Of a DNA stretch of 64,000 nt, positions 46,593-55,353 are shown piece after piece. The notes below the pieces were generated by a model. The model saw only the letters and a program-made list of their open reading frames with translations. It made no database searches and was not told where the DNA came from. Source of the DNA: an uncultured bacterium. GTDB taxonomy: Bacteria > Hydrogenedentota > Hydrogenedentia > Hydrogenedentales > CAILVY01. The stretch's first letter is position 1; each line of letters opens with the position of its first letter. The DNA lies in assembly GCA_937951485.1 (NCBI GenBank), contig CALEDJ010000045.1, forward strand, positions 139,100 to 203,099, read 5' to 3'. The translations under genes were made by a program, and so were the position numbers.

Positions 46593-48062
46593 CTAGGAAT
46601 CCTGCAAGTCTTTGGTCAGCCCCTGCATCTCGCGGTTGAATTCCGCCGTGACCTGATGGAAGACCTTGCTGGTGATGCGGGGGATGGTGTCCTGTACATC
46701 GGCATCGAGCGTGCTTTCACAGGTTTCGACGAGCAGCCGGTTGAAGAGTTTCGCGGCATAGCGGGGCATGCGCGTCTTGCTCAATTCCGCGACAATTTCC
46801 GCCCGCGAGATTTCGGGGGCAAAGAGGTCTTGCAGGTCAAAATCCCGCCCATCCTGGTCCGCTTTGCACACGGTGGCGCGCTCGATCAGCATTTCATAGA
46901 GGTGTTCGCCGGACCACTCCAGATGGATCATGTTCGCCTTGTCGGGCCGCGCCAGCAATATCAATTCCGGGTCGCCCTTGCGGATCGGCTCATAGAGTTG
47001 CTCGGGCAGCAGCATCTTGAAGTGGATGCCGGTGGTCTGGAGCATTTTGTTGTTCCACATCGGGCGGATGAACTCCGACATGTGCGCGTAACTGCCCGCA
47101 AGCATGGTCGGTTCGTCCACCTTGTCAATCACGACGGCCACGCGCGCATAGCCCGCCTGCTTGCACACGGCCACGGCCTTGCCCAGCAGGTCGTAACGCG
47201 CGGACTCGCTCAGCGGGTCCGTGCCCTTCATCGCCAGCGGCTGGCTCTTGAGATACTGTGAAGGAATCAGACGGAGCGCCCAGTCCAAATCGGGCAGATC
47301 GCGGTCAATCACCTGCACCGCGGCATGCAGCCGCCGCGCCAGCGCGCGGGTGAGCAGTTTCCGGTAAATCCAATAGCCGCCGAGCGTGCCGATGCACATC
47401 AGCGCCGTCCCCAGTTTGTCGCCGAAGCGCGCCGCGCCCGAAAATAGCCGGTGACGCAGAAGCGTCAGGGTGCGCCGGTATTCATGCGACCGGCTTGGCA
47501 GAAACAGCGCCGCCAGGAACAGCGCATCGTATTTGCTGTGCTCATTCCACGCGCGGGGTCTGCATTCTTTGGAGGACAGCATTTCCTCGAAGTGTCGCAC
47601 GGTTTCCGCGAGGATGGCGTCAATGTGATGGGTAAGTTTCCAGTGTTCTTTGAGATCAGGGTGCGGCGCGTCTTTCCCGCGCATCTTCGACCACATGCCC
47701 CGCGTATGCCGCAGTATCTCTGCCATGCGCCGCTCCCATGCAGAGAGATAGGCGTTGAAATCGTCATAATTGATGAGCAGCGTTTTGCCGTCGCGTGTTG
47801 CCTGATCGCTTGCGTTGAACGCCTTCAGCGCGCTGTCCAGCGCGAGTCGCATGGCGGTTTTGCCGCTGCCTTTGAGGCCGAAGACCACTGAAGTCTGGTT
47901 TCCCGGCGGCGACCCGTAAAACTTCGGCCACTGCGGATGGCCGAAATGAAAGTCCCGCTTTTCCAGCAGCCGCAACAAGACCTCGTCGCCCTGCGCTTCT
48001 TCCGCGTTGGCGAAGGGATTCATCGTCAACCCGTGTTTCTCCAGAAACCGTTCAATTCTCAT
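46593..48062 (-). CDS. Uncharacterised P-loop NTPase with hydrophobic inserts between Walker A and Walker B
   Basis: GLKGSGKT and VAVVIDKVDE. Start moved to MRIERF (48062), with an AGAGGA RBS. Confidence 0.7.
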   Translation of the reverse strand: MRIERFLEKHGLTMNPFANAEEAQGDEVLLRLLEKRDFHFGHPQWPKFYGSPPGNQTSVVFGLKGSGKTAMRLALDSALKAFNASDQATRDGKTLLINYDDFNAYLSAWERRMAEILRHTRGMWSKMRGKDAPHPDLKEHWKLTHHIDAILAETVRHFEEMLSSKECRPRAWNEHSKYDALFLAALFLPSRSHEYRRTLTLLRHRLFSGAARFGDKLGTALMCIGTLGGYWIYRKLLTRALARRLHAAVQVIDRDLPDLDWALRLIPSQYLKSQPLAMKGTDPLSESARYDLLGKAVAVCKQAGYARVAVVIDKVDEPTMLAGSYAHMSEFIRPMWNNKMLQTTGIHFKMLLPEQLYEPIRKGDPELILLARPDKANMIHLEWSGEHLYEMLIERATVCKADQDGRDFDLQDLFAPEISRAEIVAELSKTRMPRYAAKLFNRLLVETCESTLDADVQDTIPRITSKVFHQVTAEFNREMQGLTKDLQDS

Positions 48063-48311
48063 GGCGCTTCCTCTCTTGCAACGAACAGTGCCGCACAGCA
48101 TACGGCATGAACCCGCCCCGGCACAAGCCCCATGCCATGCCCCGTGCCATGCCGGGTATTGATGGTGGAAAGCATGGGGTTCGTGCTTCAGCATGCTGGG
48201 GTGGCATTGACGCTTCGGGCTGTGTCGGCCCCACGCACGCGAAAGCGCAAACACCATGCCGGATGCAGGCACAAGAATTGATTGAGACGGCAATGGTCAT
48301 CGGATATCTTT

Positions 48312-50114
48312 TCAGTGAGGGTCCGATGACGGCTGTGTTTTCGGGATGCGCACAAGCAGACAGGTATTGGGACAGGATGAATCCACCTCGATCGCGCCGT
48401 GGTGCGCTTCGACAATGTCCCGGGAAATACTCAATCCCAAACCGATCCCGCGCCCTTCTTTTTTCGTGGTGAAGAACGGCGTGAAGACCAAATTGCAGTG
48501 GTCGGGGGGAATGCCTGAACCGCTATCCATAACGGCAAATACAACGGCGTCGGCTTCCGCTTTCGCCGTCAGGTTTACCCACTTCTCGGGAAGATTTTCC
48601 ACGGCGTCGTAGGCGTTGTTGAGCAGATTCAGGAGCACCTGCGACAATTGCGAAGGCCGGCATTGCAGTTCGGCGTCGCAGATTTCGCCGAGATTAAGCG
48701 CAATGTTCCCCTTCTTGAAACGGTAATGGCACAATTCCACGGCATCGTCCACTATGCGCCGTACAGACGCGCTTCGGAAAGGGTCCGCCGCAGCCTCCCG
48801 GGAAATGCTCTGCAAGGCGCGCACGATATCGTCCATGCGATCCACATTGCGCACAATGCTTGCCGCGATACGGGGGTATTGCTGTTCGAGTGGTTCGTGA
48901 AGGGAAAAATACTCATGAAGATGCTGGGCGCCCGCGGAAATGACCGCCAGCGGATTCTTGATTTCGTGCGCGATGCCGCCCGCCATCGCCCCCAGCGTGG
49001 CCAGTCGCGCCGCATTCTCCATCTTGAAGCGCTGCTCCATGATCAGGGTTTCATTGCGGACCCGCTCGGTGATGTCCTCGGCCAGGCACAGCAGGTGTTT
49101 CTGATCACCCGCGTGAACACGCGCCAGATGATACTGGAACCAGACATTCTTGCCAAATCCCGTCACCAGATGCACTGCGCCGGACGAAGGTTCGCCCGTG
49201 GAAAGAACCGCCTCCGCCATCTGCAGTATGCCGAATTCACGCCAGGACGCAATCTCGCGAAAATTCTGCCGGAGAAGGTCTTCCTGCGTCGCTCCCAAGG
49301 ATGCCGCTATTGTCGCGTTGGCCACCATGCATTCGCCGGAATCTTTGTACACCAGAATGCCCACCGGCGACGCCGCAATCAAGGTCTGATTGAAATTCAG
49401 CGCATCGATCAAATGCGCCTCGGCCCGTTGGCGCTCTTCTATCTCCTCCTGCAACTGCCGGTTGGACAACGTCAATGCTTTTGTGCGCTCCTCCACGCGC
49501 TGCTCCAATTCCGCGTTCAACAGGCGTAATTCCTGCTGCGCCTGCTCGCGTTCTTTCATTTCGTGCGTCAGCCGCTCATGCTTGCGTTTTGTTTTAAGAT
49601 TGGATTGGTGCACCTCAAAAAGCGACAGGTAAAACCCCATGAACAGCAACGCAAACCCCCCGACAAAAAGGCCCTCTTCGAAAACGATGCCGGTGGGGTC
49701 CAAGCGCGCCAGTATGCGGGCGGGCAGAAGAGTTTCATAGTCTTTTATAAGACTTATTAACTGTGAGAATACAAGAAACAAGGCGCCAATAGAAACGGTG
49801 CGTCGAATCCACGGCGTGATACGCAGCCGCCGTATCACATAAACGGATACGCCCGCCCACGCGCAAATGGCCAGAAGCGTCAGCGTGCCGGTTACCGCAT
49901 AGGGCGCCGCATAATACTGATAGAGGAAGCGCCCCAGGAGTTCGAATCCGGCGGCAAACACCACGCCGATTCCCAGGATTCCGGCCAAGTGCCCCGCGCG
50001 AACAGGATAGTCCTCCTGTCGGCGTGTTCCGGCATCCCTATCATCGGGCGTCACAGCAGGGTCACGGAATAGATTCGTCGCCATTTTAACCCCATACACC
50101 CACGCCACGGGCAA
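48312..50114 (-). CDS. Membrane PAS-domain sensor histidine kinase
   Basis: About 4 TM helices, coiled coil, PAS, GIAHEIKNPL H-box, NLLNNA, DSGSG, FFTTK, GLGLSI. Start may be 50084. Confidence 0.92.
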   Translation of the reverse strand: MPVAWVYGVKMATNLFRDPAVTPDDRDAGTRRQEDYPVRAGHLAGILGIGVVFAAGFELLGRFLYQYYAAPYAVTGTLTLLAICAWAGVSVYVIRRLRITPWIRRTVSIGALFLVFSQLISLIKDYETLLPARILARLDPTGIVFEEGLFVGGFALLFMGFYLSLFEVHQSNLKTKRKHERLTHEMKEREQAQQELRLLNAELEQRVEERTKALTLSNRQLQEEIEERQRAEAHLIDALNFNQTLIAASPVGILVYKDSGECMVANATIAASLGATQEDLLRQNFREIASWREFGILQMAEAVLSTGEPSSGAVHLVTGFGKNVWFQYHLARVHAGDQKHLLCLAEDITERVRNETLIMEQRFKMENAARLATLGAMAGGIAHEIKNPLAVISAGAQHLHEYFSLHEPLEQQYPRIAASIVRNVDRMDDIVRALQSISREAAADPFRSASVRRIVDDAVELCHYRFKKGNIALNLGEICDAELQCRPSQLSQVLLNLLNNAYDAVENLPEKWVNLTAKAEADAVVFAVMDSGSGIPPDHCNLVFTPFFTTKKEGRGIGLGLSISRDIVEAHHGAIEVDSSCPNTCLLVRIPKTQPSSDPH

Positions 50115-50545
50115 CCATGCAGAAATACAAATGCGCTTGCGCCAAATGCCTTTCAGAGAGGTTCATGTCTGTTCCCCAGAATAAACCCGACCGGCGTGCG
50201 CCTTCCGCGCCTCGCAACATGCTCCCGGCGTAACGCGCCTTACCGGATAGAGTTGGCAACTCGTTCCTTCCGTGCTCATTCTAGCGCGTCGCATGGTTGA
50301 GGTCAATAGGCAGGACAAGAAAGTATGACCTGCGGCGTTGGCATTGAACGCGCCTTTTTCATGGCGGCGCGTCATGCCGCCCGGTGGAAAGCGGTGGCAA
50401 GGCACCGCTGTCCAAAAAAAACATTGACTTTGCATCCGTTTCCTCATGCTGAAATGTTACGCACATTTTAAGTGACGGGTTTCGGCGACATGTGCTAGGA
50501 TCAGTCAGGCGATTGGAAACCGCGGTACAAGGAGACCTCCATATC

Positions 50546-51280
50546 ATGGCGATGATACGAATCACGGGCGTGCAAATGATCGTGTCCCCCACCAAAAGCG
50601 AAAACCTGCCGAAAATACTGAAGTACATTCAGGAAAGCGATTGCGACTTCATTGTATTTCCGGAGATGAGCCTGACAGGCTACAACAACGATTTCAGTGA
50701 TGCGCGCACCCAGGAGGCGTGGCGGCAGATCGCGACCGCATGCCGCCAGCATTATGTCACGGCGATTATCGGCACCGGCGCGCGCGCGGACGGTGTCACC
50801 TATATCCAGTCACGGATTTACACGGGCAAGGGCGAACTGCTTGGCACCCACGAGAAACTGGTGCCGACGGAGGGCGACCGGAAATGGTGCCGACCGGGCG
50901 AAGAACTGCGGGTCTTCTCGCATATGGGCATCACCTTTGGCTGCCTGATCTGCAATGACCTTTGGGTGACGCCCGGCTGTGGCCCCTATCCCGATCCCCG
51001 TCTCACGTATCAACTGGGCCAGCGCGGCGCCCAGGTGATTTTTCACAGCGCCAACACAGGCGGCCATTCGGCCCGGGACAAACGCCATTTCGCCTACCAC
51101 GACGCCAATCTCCGCCTGCGCGCCCTGGAAAGCAATCTTTATATCGTCACCGTCAATGCCGCACTGCCCGACAAGCCCATCAACGCGCCGTCAGGCGTGG
51201 TTTCGCCCAAAGGCGAATGGCTCGTGCAGTGTCCGCTGATCGGAGAACAGGTGTTTTCCTACGATCTCGAAATTGAATAG
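50546..51280 (+). CDS. Carbon-nitrogen hydrolase (nitrilase superfamily)
   Basis: Catalytic triad FPE / HEK / LICND. Confidence 0.9.
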   Translation: MAMIRITGVQMIVSPTKSENLPKILKYIQESDCDFIVFPEMSLTGYNNDFSDARTQEAWRQIATACRQHYVTAIIGTGARADGVTYIQSRIYTGKGELLGTHEKLVPTEGDRKWCRPGEELRVFSHMGITFGCLICNDLWVTPGCGPYPDPRLTYQLGQRGAQVIFHSANTGGHSARDKRHFAYHDANLRLRALESNLYIVTVNAALPDKPINAPSGVVSPKGEWLVQCPLIGEQVFSYDLEIE

Positions 51281-51735
51281 CGACGGCCGCAGGCCGCCCG
51301 GGAGGCAACCATGTTGAATCCAGGCGTGGCGGCAGGTGGAGCCCTGCCGGCGGACGGGGCAGCAGCGCTGCTGTCGGCATGGCACAGGGACAAGGGCCAC
51401 CCTGTGCCAGGCGTCTCCGTGGCGCGGACCGCGAGGTTGGCGATGGGGCACACTTCCGGAAAGCAGCGAGGAAGCGGCTCAAAAACAGAACTGACCTCCG
51501 CGAGGCCATGACGTTCTTGATTGGAGCAACAGCGTCATGCGAGTGAAGTGGCATTTGATCGCATAGGGACAATTATCAGGCGGCGGTATCGCAGGAAGAG
51601 AACAGGCCCTGCCGGAAATGAAAATTTCTGACGGAGGCCTCATCGGGAATCCTGTACATTCCAAGTGAGCATTTTCCCATGTCAGATAAAATATTTCGTT
51701 TCGCAGGTGCATCGTGAAGGGGCCAGGCAGGTATA

Positions 51736-52449
51736 ATGGAAAATACAATGATCGCGCATTTGACCAAGACGGTGTTTGTGGAAGCGGCGCATTACAACCC
51801 ACAAGGCGATCCGGCGCAACAACGGCTGCATGGCCACAGTTTCCGGATTGACATTCAGGCCAGAGGGACGGTGGACCCCGCCGTGGGCTGGGTGGTGGAC
51901 TACGCGGAGATCAAGGAGACCTTTGCGCCGTTGATTCGACTGCTGGACCACGGGTATCTGAACGAGATTCACGGCCTGGAGGATGTGCCGACGCTTGAAG
52001 GGTTGCGGCGGTGGCTGGAAGCCGGCATTGCGCCGCGTCCCGATTGGCTGCTGGGGATGCGTGTATCCATCGCGGGCGATTTGTGTTTTCGCCCGGTGCG
52101 GTTCCCCGCCGACCAGCAAGCGGAACTCCCCGAACGCATCGGTTTCAGTTTCGAGGCGGCGCAATCGCTGCCGCAGTTGCCGGAGGGTCATCCCTGCCGC
52201 CGCATTCACGGGCACAGTTACCGCATGGAAGCGGCCGCGCCGGACCTTGCCGGACTTCAGCCGCACCTTGCGGACATCTATGACGCGCTGGACCATCGTT
52301 TCCTCAATGATGTGGATGGGCTGGAGCAGGCGACCTGCGAGCGTATCGCCCAATGGGTCTGGGGCCGCCTCAAGTCGCGCGGCGTCCCGATCACGTTTGT
52401 CGGCATCCGGGAAACCCCCAGCGCCCAGTGCCGGTATTACGGCGAATGA
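51736..52449 (+). CDS. queD: Two-domain (tandem) 6-carboxytetrahydropterin synthase
   Basis: Two T-fold copies: EAAH..RLHGHS..LDH.YLN..PTLE and EAAQ..CRRIHGHS..LDH.FLN..ATCE; adjacent to queF. Confidence 0.85.
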   Translation: MENTMIAHLTKTVFVEAAHYNPQGDPAQQRLHGHSFRIDIQARGTVDPAVGWVVDYAEIKETFAPLIRLLDHGYLNEIHGLEDVPTLEGLRRWLEAGIAPRPDWLLGMRVSIAGDLCFRPVRFPADQQAELPERIGFSFEAAQSLPQLPEGHPCRRIHGHSYRMEAAAPDLAGLQPHLADIYDALDHRFLNDVDGLEQATCERIAQWVWGRLKSRGVPITFVGIRETPSAQCRYYGE

Positions 52450-52592
52450 ACCTGCTATAATGCGGGTGCAGCCGTATCCATCGCGTCATGTCTGCGCTAT
52501 CGGGAATCCGGAAAAACTTTGGGCGTCCCCTGAGAAGCGGAAAAATTCGCCCATGAGGCAGCGTCGGGATGCGGCGCAATGGAAGAGGGCAC

Positions 52593-53066
52593 ATGGATAT
52601 GCCACCGATTCGAGACCAGTTCCAGGCGCAGGACCGGACCCTGCCATTCCAGGGGCCTGAAGCCATTGACGCCTCGTGCCTGGCGTGTTTCGCCTACGAA
52701 TATCACGACACGCCGCACGGCGAAGCCATGGAAATCGTCACCACCACGAGCGAATTTACGTCGGTTTGCCCGTTTTCCGGGCTGCCCGACTTCGCCACCG
52801 TGACGATTCGTTATGTGCCGGACCGGCATTGCATCGAACTGCGTTCGCTCAAGTACTATCTCCTGTCCTATCGCAATGTCGGCATCTGGTACGAACATCT
52901 GGTCAACAGGATGCTGGAAGACCTCGTATTCGCCTGCCGGCCCCGCCGCATGCGCATCGAAATCGTCTGCGCCCCGCGCGGCGGCCTGGCCAGCACCGTC
53001 GCCGCAGCCTACGACCGCGACACAATGGGGCCTGCTGAAATGTTGCGGGAGCGAACGGCAACCTGA
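52593..53066 (+). CDS. queF: PreQ0 (7-cyano-7-deazaguanine) reductase, unimodular type
   Basis: EFTSVCPFSGLPDFA, ELRSLKYYL QueF motif, GIWYE, PRGG. Confidence 0.92.
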   Translation: MDMPPIRDQFQAQDRTLPFQGPEAIDASCLACFAYEYHDTPHGEAMEIVTTTSEFTSVCPFSGLPDFATVTIRYVPDRHCIELRSLKYYLLSYRNVGIWYEHLVNRMLEDLVFACRPRRMRIEIVCAPRGGLASTVAAAYDRDTMGPAEMLRERTAT

Positions 53067-55082
53067 TTATCCCGCCGGGGCAAGCGCCGCGTGGCGCGGC
53101 AGAGAGATGATGAAGGTGGCGCCGGTCGGTCCCATGCGGGAATCCGTGTTCGATTCGACGCGGATGTCGCCGGAATGCATTTTCACAATGCCGTAAGTGA
53201 TCGCGAGACCGAGTCCGGTGCCTTTGCCGTAGGGTTTGGTGGTGAAGAACGGCTCGAAAATTTTATCGGCGTGTTCCTTGGGAATGCCCGGCCCGGTGTC
53301 GCGCACGCGCAATTCCACGCGATTGTTGTTGCCCACCGTCTGAATGTCCAGGCGGCCGCCGTTGGGCATGGCGGCGCATGCATTGCCGATCAGGTTACCC
53401 AGGGCCTGCATGATCTGGTCCTCGTCGAGGTCCGCCACCGGATCGTCCACATTGTGTTCCACCTTCACGGTGATATTATCGGGAATCACGACGGCCTTCA
53501 GGCTGCGGTCTATCAGTTCCCGCAGGTCCGTTCCCCTGCGCGACACCTTGTTCTGACGCGCAAAATGGAGCAGGCCCGACACGATTTTTTTGCATCGGTC
53601 CGCCTGTTCCTTGATCATTTTCAAATCTTCCATCAGTTCGGGGTTGTTCTCCTGCTCCTGCTCCAGAATGTGCGCGTACATCAGGACCACGCCCAGCGGG
53701 TTATTCAATTCATGGGCGATGCCGGCGGCGAGTTGCCCCATGCTCGCCAGTTTCTCCGCCTGCATCAGGGTTTCCTGGGTCTTTGTCAGGGCTTCGTTGG
53801 ATATGGCGAGGTTCTCAATGGTTTCCCGGAGCCGTTCGATGGTATGGGGAAGGCACATCTCGCTTTCCGCCAGTCCCTTGTAGATTGCGATACCGTGTTC
53901 CCGACAGGTCTCATAGCCGCACGCCCCGCAGTTCAGTTCATCTTCAGGCACATACTTGCCCATCCGTTCCAGGATGGCGGCCAGTTCGCGCGGCGACGGC
54001 TCGGCCACGCGCTGGTCATCCGGTTGGTAGGCGCGGCCAAGGTCAAGGTCCGCGAACTCGGCCATCCACCGCCGCCAACGGGGATAGTCCAGACGTTCCA
54101 GGCGCCGGCGCACGAACTGGCTGACGCGTGTGCGGCGACGAAAGAGCGGTTCGCAACTCGTTGTGCCCGGCCCCATGATGCACCCTTCGCAGGCAAGCAC
54201 TTCGAGCAGGCGCAGGCCGCTGTGATCGGTTTGAAACGCCTTGATGGCGTCCACAAAGCCGCTGCGCCCCCCCGCCACCACCACGTCGCATGCGGCGAGG
54301 TCTTCGGAAATTTCCGCCGCCTGAAGCAACCCGTGGCTAATCGGGAAAAGCGCCCCCGGTCCCGCGTGCGGCGGGTCAAAGTCGCTCGGCTCCACGCAAT
54401 GCCGCGACAAATCGCGCTCGCCCGCCATCTGCCGCAACTCCACGAAAGTCAGCACCGCGTCCACTTCATCGGCGAGCGTGGGGCTTATCGCTTCATTCTT
54501 CTTCGCGATGCATGGCCCCACGAAAACCGTTTTCAGATGCTGCCCGTGAAGGCGCCGCAAGGCGCGCGCCGTCGCCACCATCGGCGACACCACCGGCGCC
54601 AGAAACCGGGTCAATTCGGGAAAATACCGCTCTACATACGCCACAATGGCGGGGCAGGTTGTTGCGATATGACTCCGTCCGTCATCCTGCTGCATCAGGC
54701 GGCGGTAACGGTCTGCCACCAGGTCCGCTCCAAAGGCCACCTCGACCACATAATCGAAGCCGATCGCGCGGAGAATGCCCGTCAGGTCACGGTAGTCCCA
54801 GTCCGTGAACTCCGCCGGAAAACTCGGCGCGACCATCGCCGCCACCTTGGCATTGCCCGCCAGCAGCCGCCGCACATCCACCGTGGAATCATAGACCTGT
54901 TTGGCGTGCTGTCCGCAGACCCGCACGCAGTTGCCGCAGCCGATGCAGCGCCCGCTGATCACCTCGGCCTGCCCGTCCACGATGCGAATCGCCTTGGCCG
55001 GGCATTCCCGCACGCAGGTGTAGCACACCCGGCACCGTTCCCGGATCGTGCTGACCAAAGGTATTCTGGACGAATTCTTCAT
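53067..55082 (-). CDS. [FeFe]-hydrogenase-like sensor domain plus FeS domain fused to a histidine kinase
   Basis: 2x[4Fe-4S] ferredoxin; APSFPAEF, TTCPA, GPCIAKKNE, EVLACEGC (H-cluster-like); CGACGYETC..C FeS; AHELNNPL kinase with HATPase. Confidence 0.88.
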   Translation of the reverse strand: MKNSSRIPLVSTIRERCRVCYTCVRECPAKAIRIVDGQAEVISGRCIGCGNCVRVCGQHAKQVYDSTVDVRRLLAGNAKVAAMVAPSFPAEFTDWDYRDLTGILRAIGFDYVVEVAFGADLVADRYRRLMQQDDGRSHIATTCPAIVAYVERYFPELTRFLAPVVSPMVATARALRRLHGQHLKTVFVGPCIAKKNEAISPTLADEVDAVLTFVELRQMAGERDLSRHCVEPSDFDPPHAGPGALFPISHGLLQAAEISEDLAACDVVVAGGRSGFVDAIKAFQTDHSGLRLLEVLACEGCIMGPGTTSCEPLFRRRTRVSQFVRRRLERLDYPRWRRWMAEFADLDLGRAYQPDDQRVAEPSPRELAAILERMGKYVPEDELNCGACGYETCREHGIAIYKGLAESEMCLPHTIERLRETIENLAISNEALTKTQETLMQAEKLASMGQLAAGIAHELNNPLGVVLMYAHILEQEQENNPELMEDLKMIKEQADRCKKIVSGLLHFARQNKVSRRGTDLRELIDRSLKAVVIPDNITVKVEHNVDDPVADLDEDQIMQALGNLIGNACAAMPNGGRLDIQTVGNNNRVELRVRDTGPGIPKEHADKIFEPFFTTKPYGKGTGLGLAITYGIVKMHSGDIRVESNTDSRMGPTGATFIISLPRHAALAPAG

Positions 55083-55154
55083 GCTTTCCTCTGCGTCCGA
55101 CTTTTCACCAGTGTACCATCATTCCCGACATCCCCGCATCCAGATCATCAGAAA

Positions 55155-55236
55155 CGCACTGCGCCTTCCGCACTCCGCATTCCGCATTCCGCATTCCGCA
55201 CTGCGCACTGCGCACTGCGCATTCCGCACTCCGCAT
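55155..55236. repeat. Heptamer tandem repeat CGCAYT[CG], about 12 units
   Basis: cgcactg cgccttc cgcactc cgcattc cgcattc cgcattc cgcactg cgcactg cgcactg cgcattc cgcactc cgcat. Confidence 0.9.
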
Positions 55237-55353
55237 GGCGCGCAATTGAATTGCCCATCCACGGCGGGGTATGCTTTTCTTCAATGATGCGGTGCATCTC
55301 CGGGCCGGGCGCGCCGGCGTTTTTCTGGAACCAATCTGCAAAGGAGCAGTGTT

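Noticed and set aside
48120-48155. Repeated TGGCA motifs upstream of the P-loop NTPase as a sigma54 promoter
   Set aside because: The best match is TGGCAT-N5-TTGT, which lacks the conserved GC at -12.
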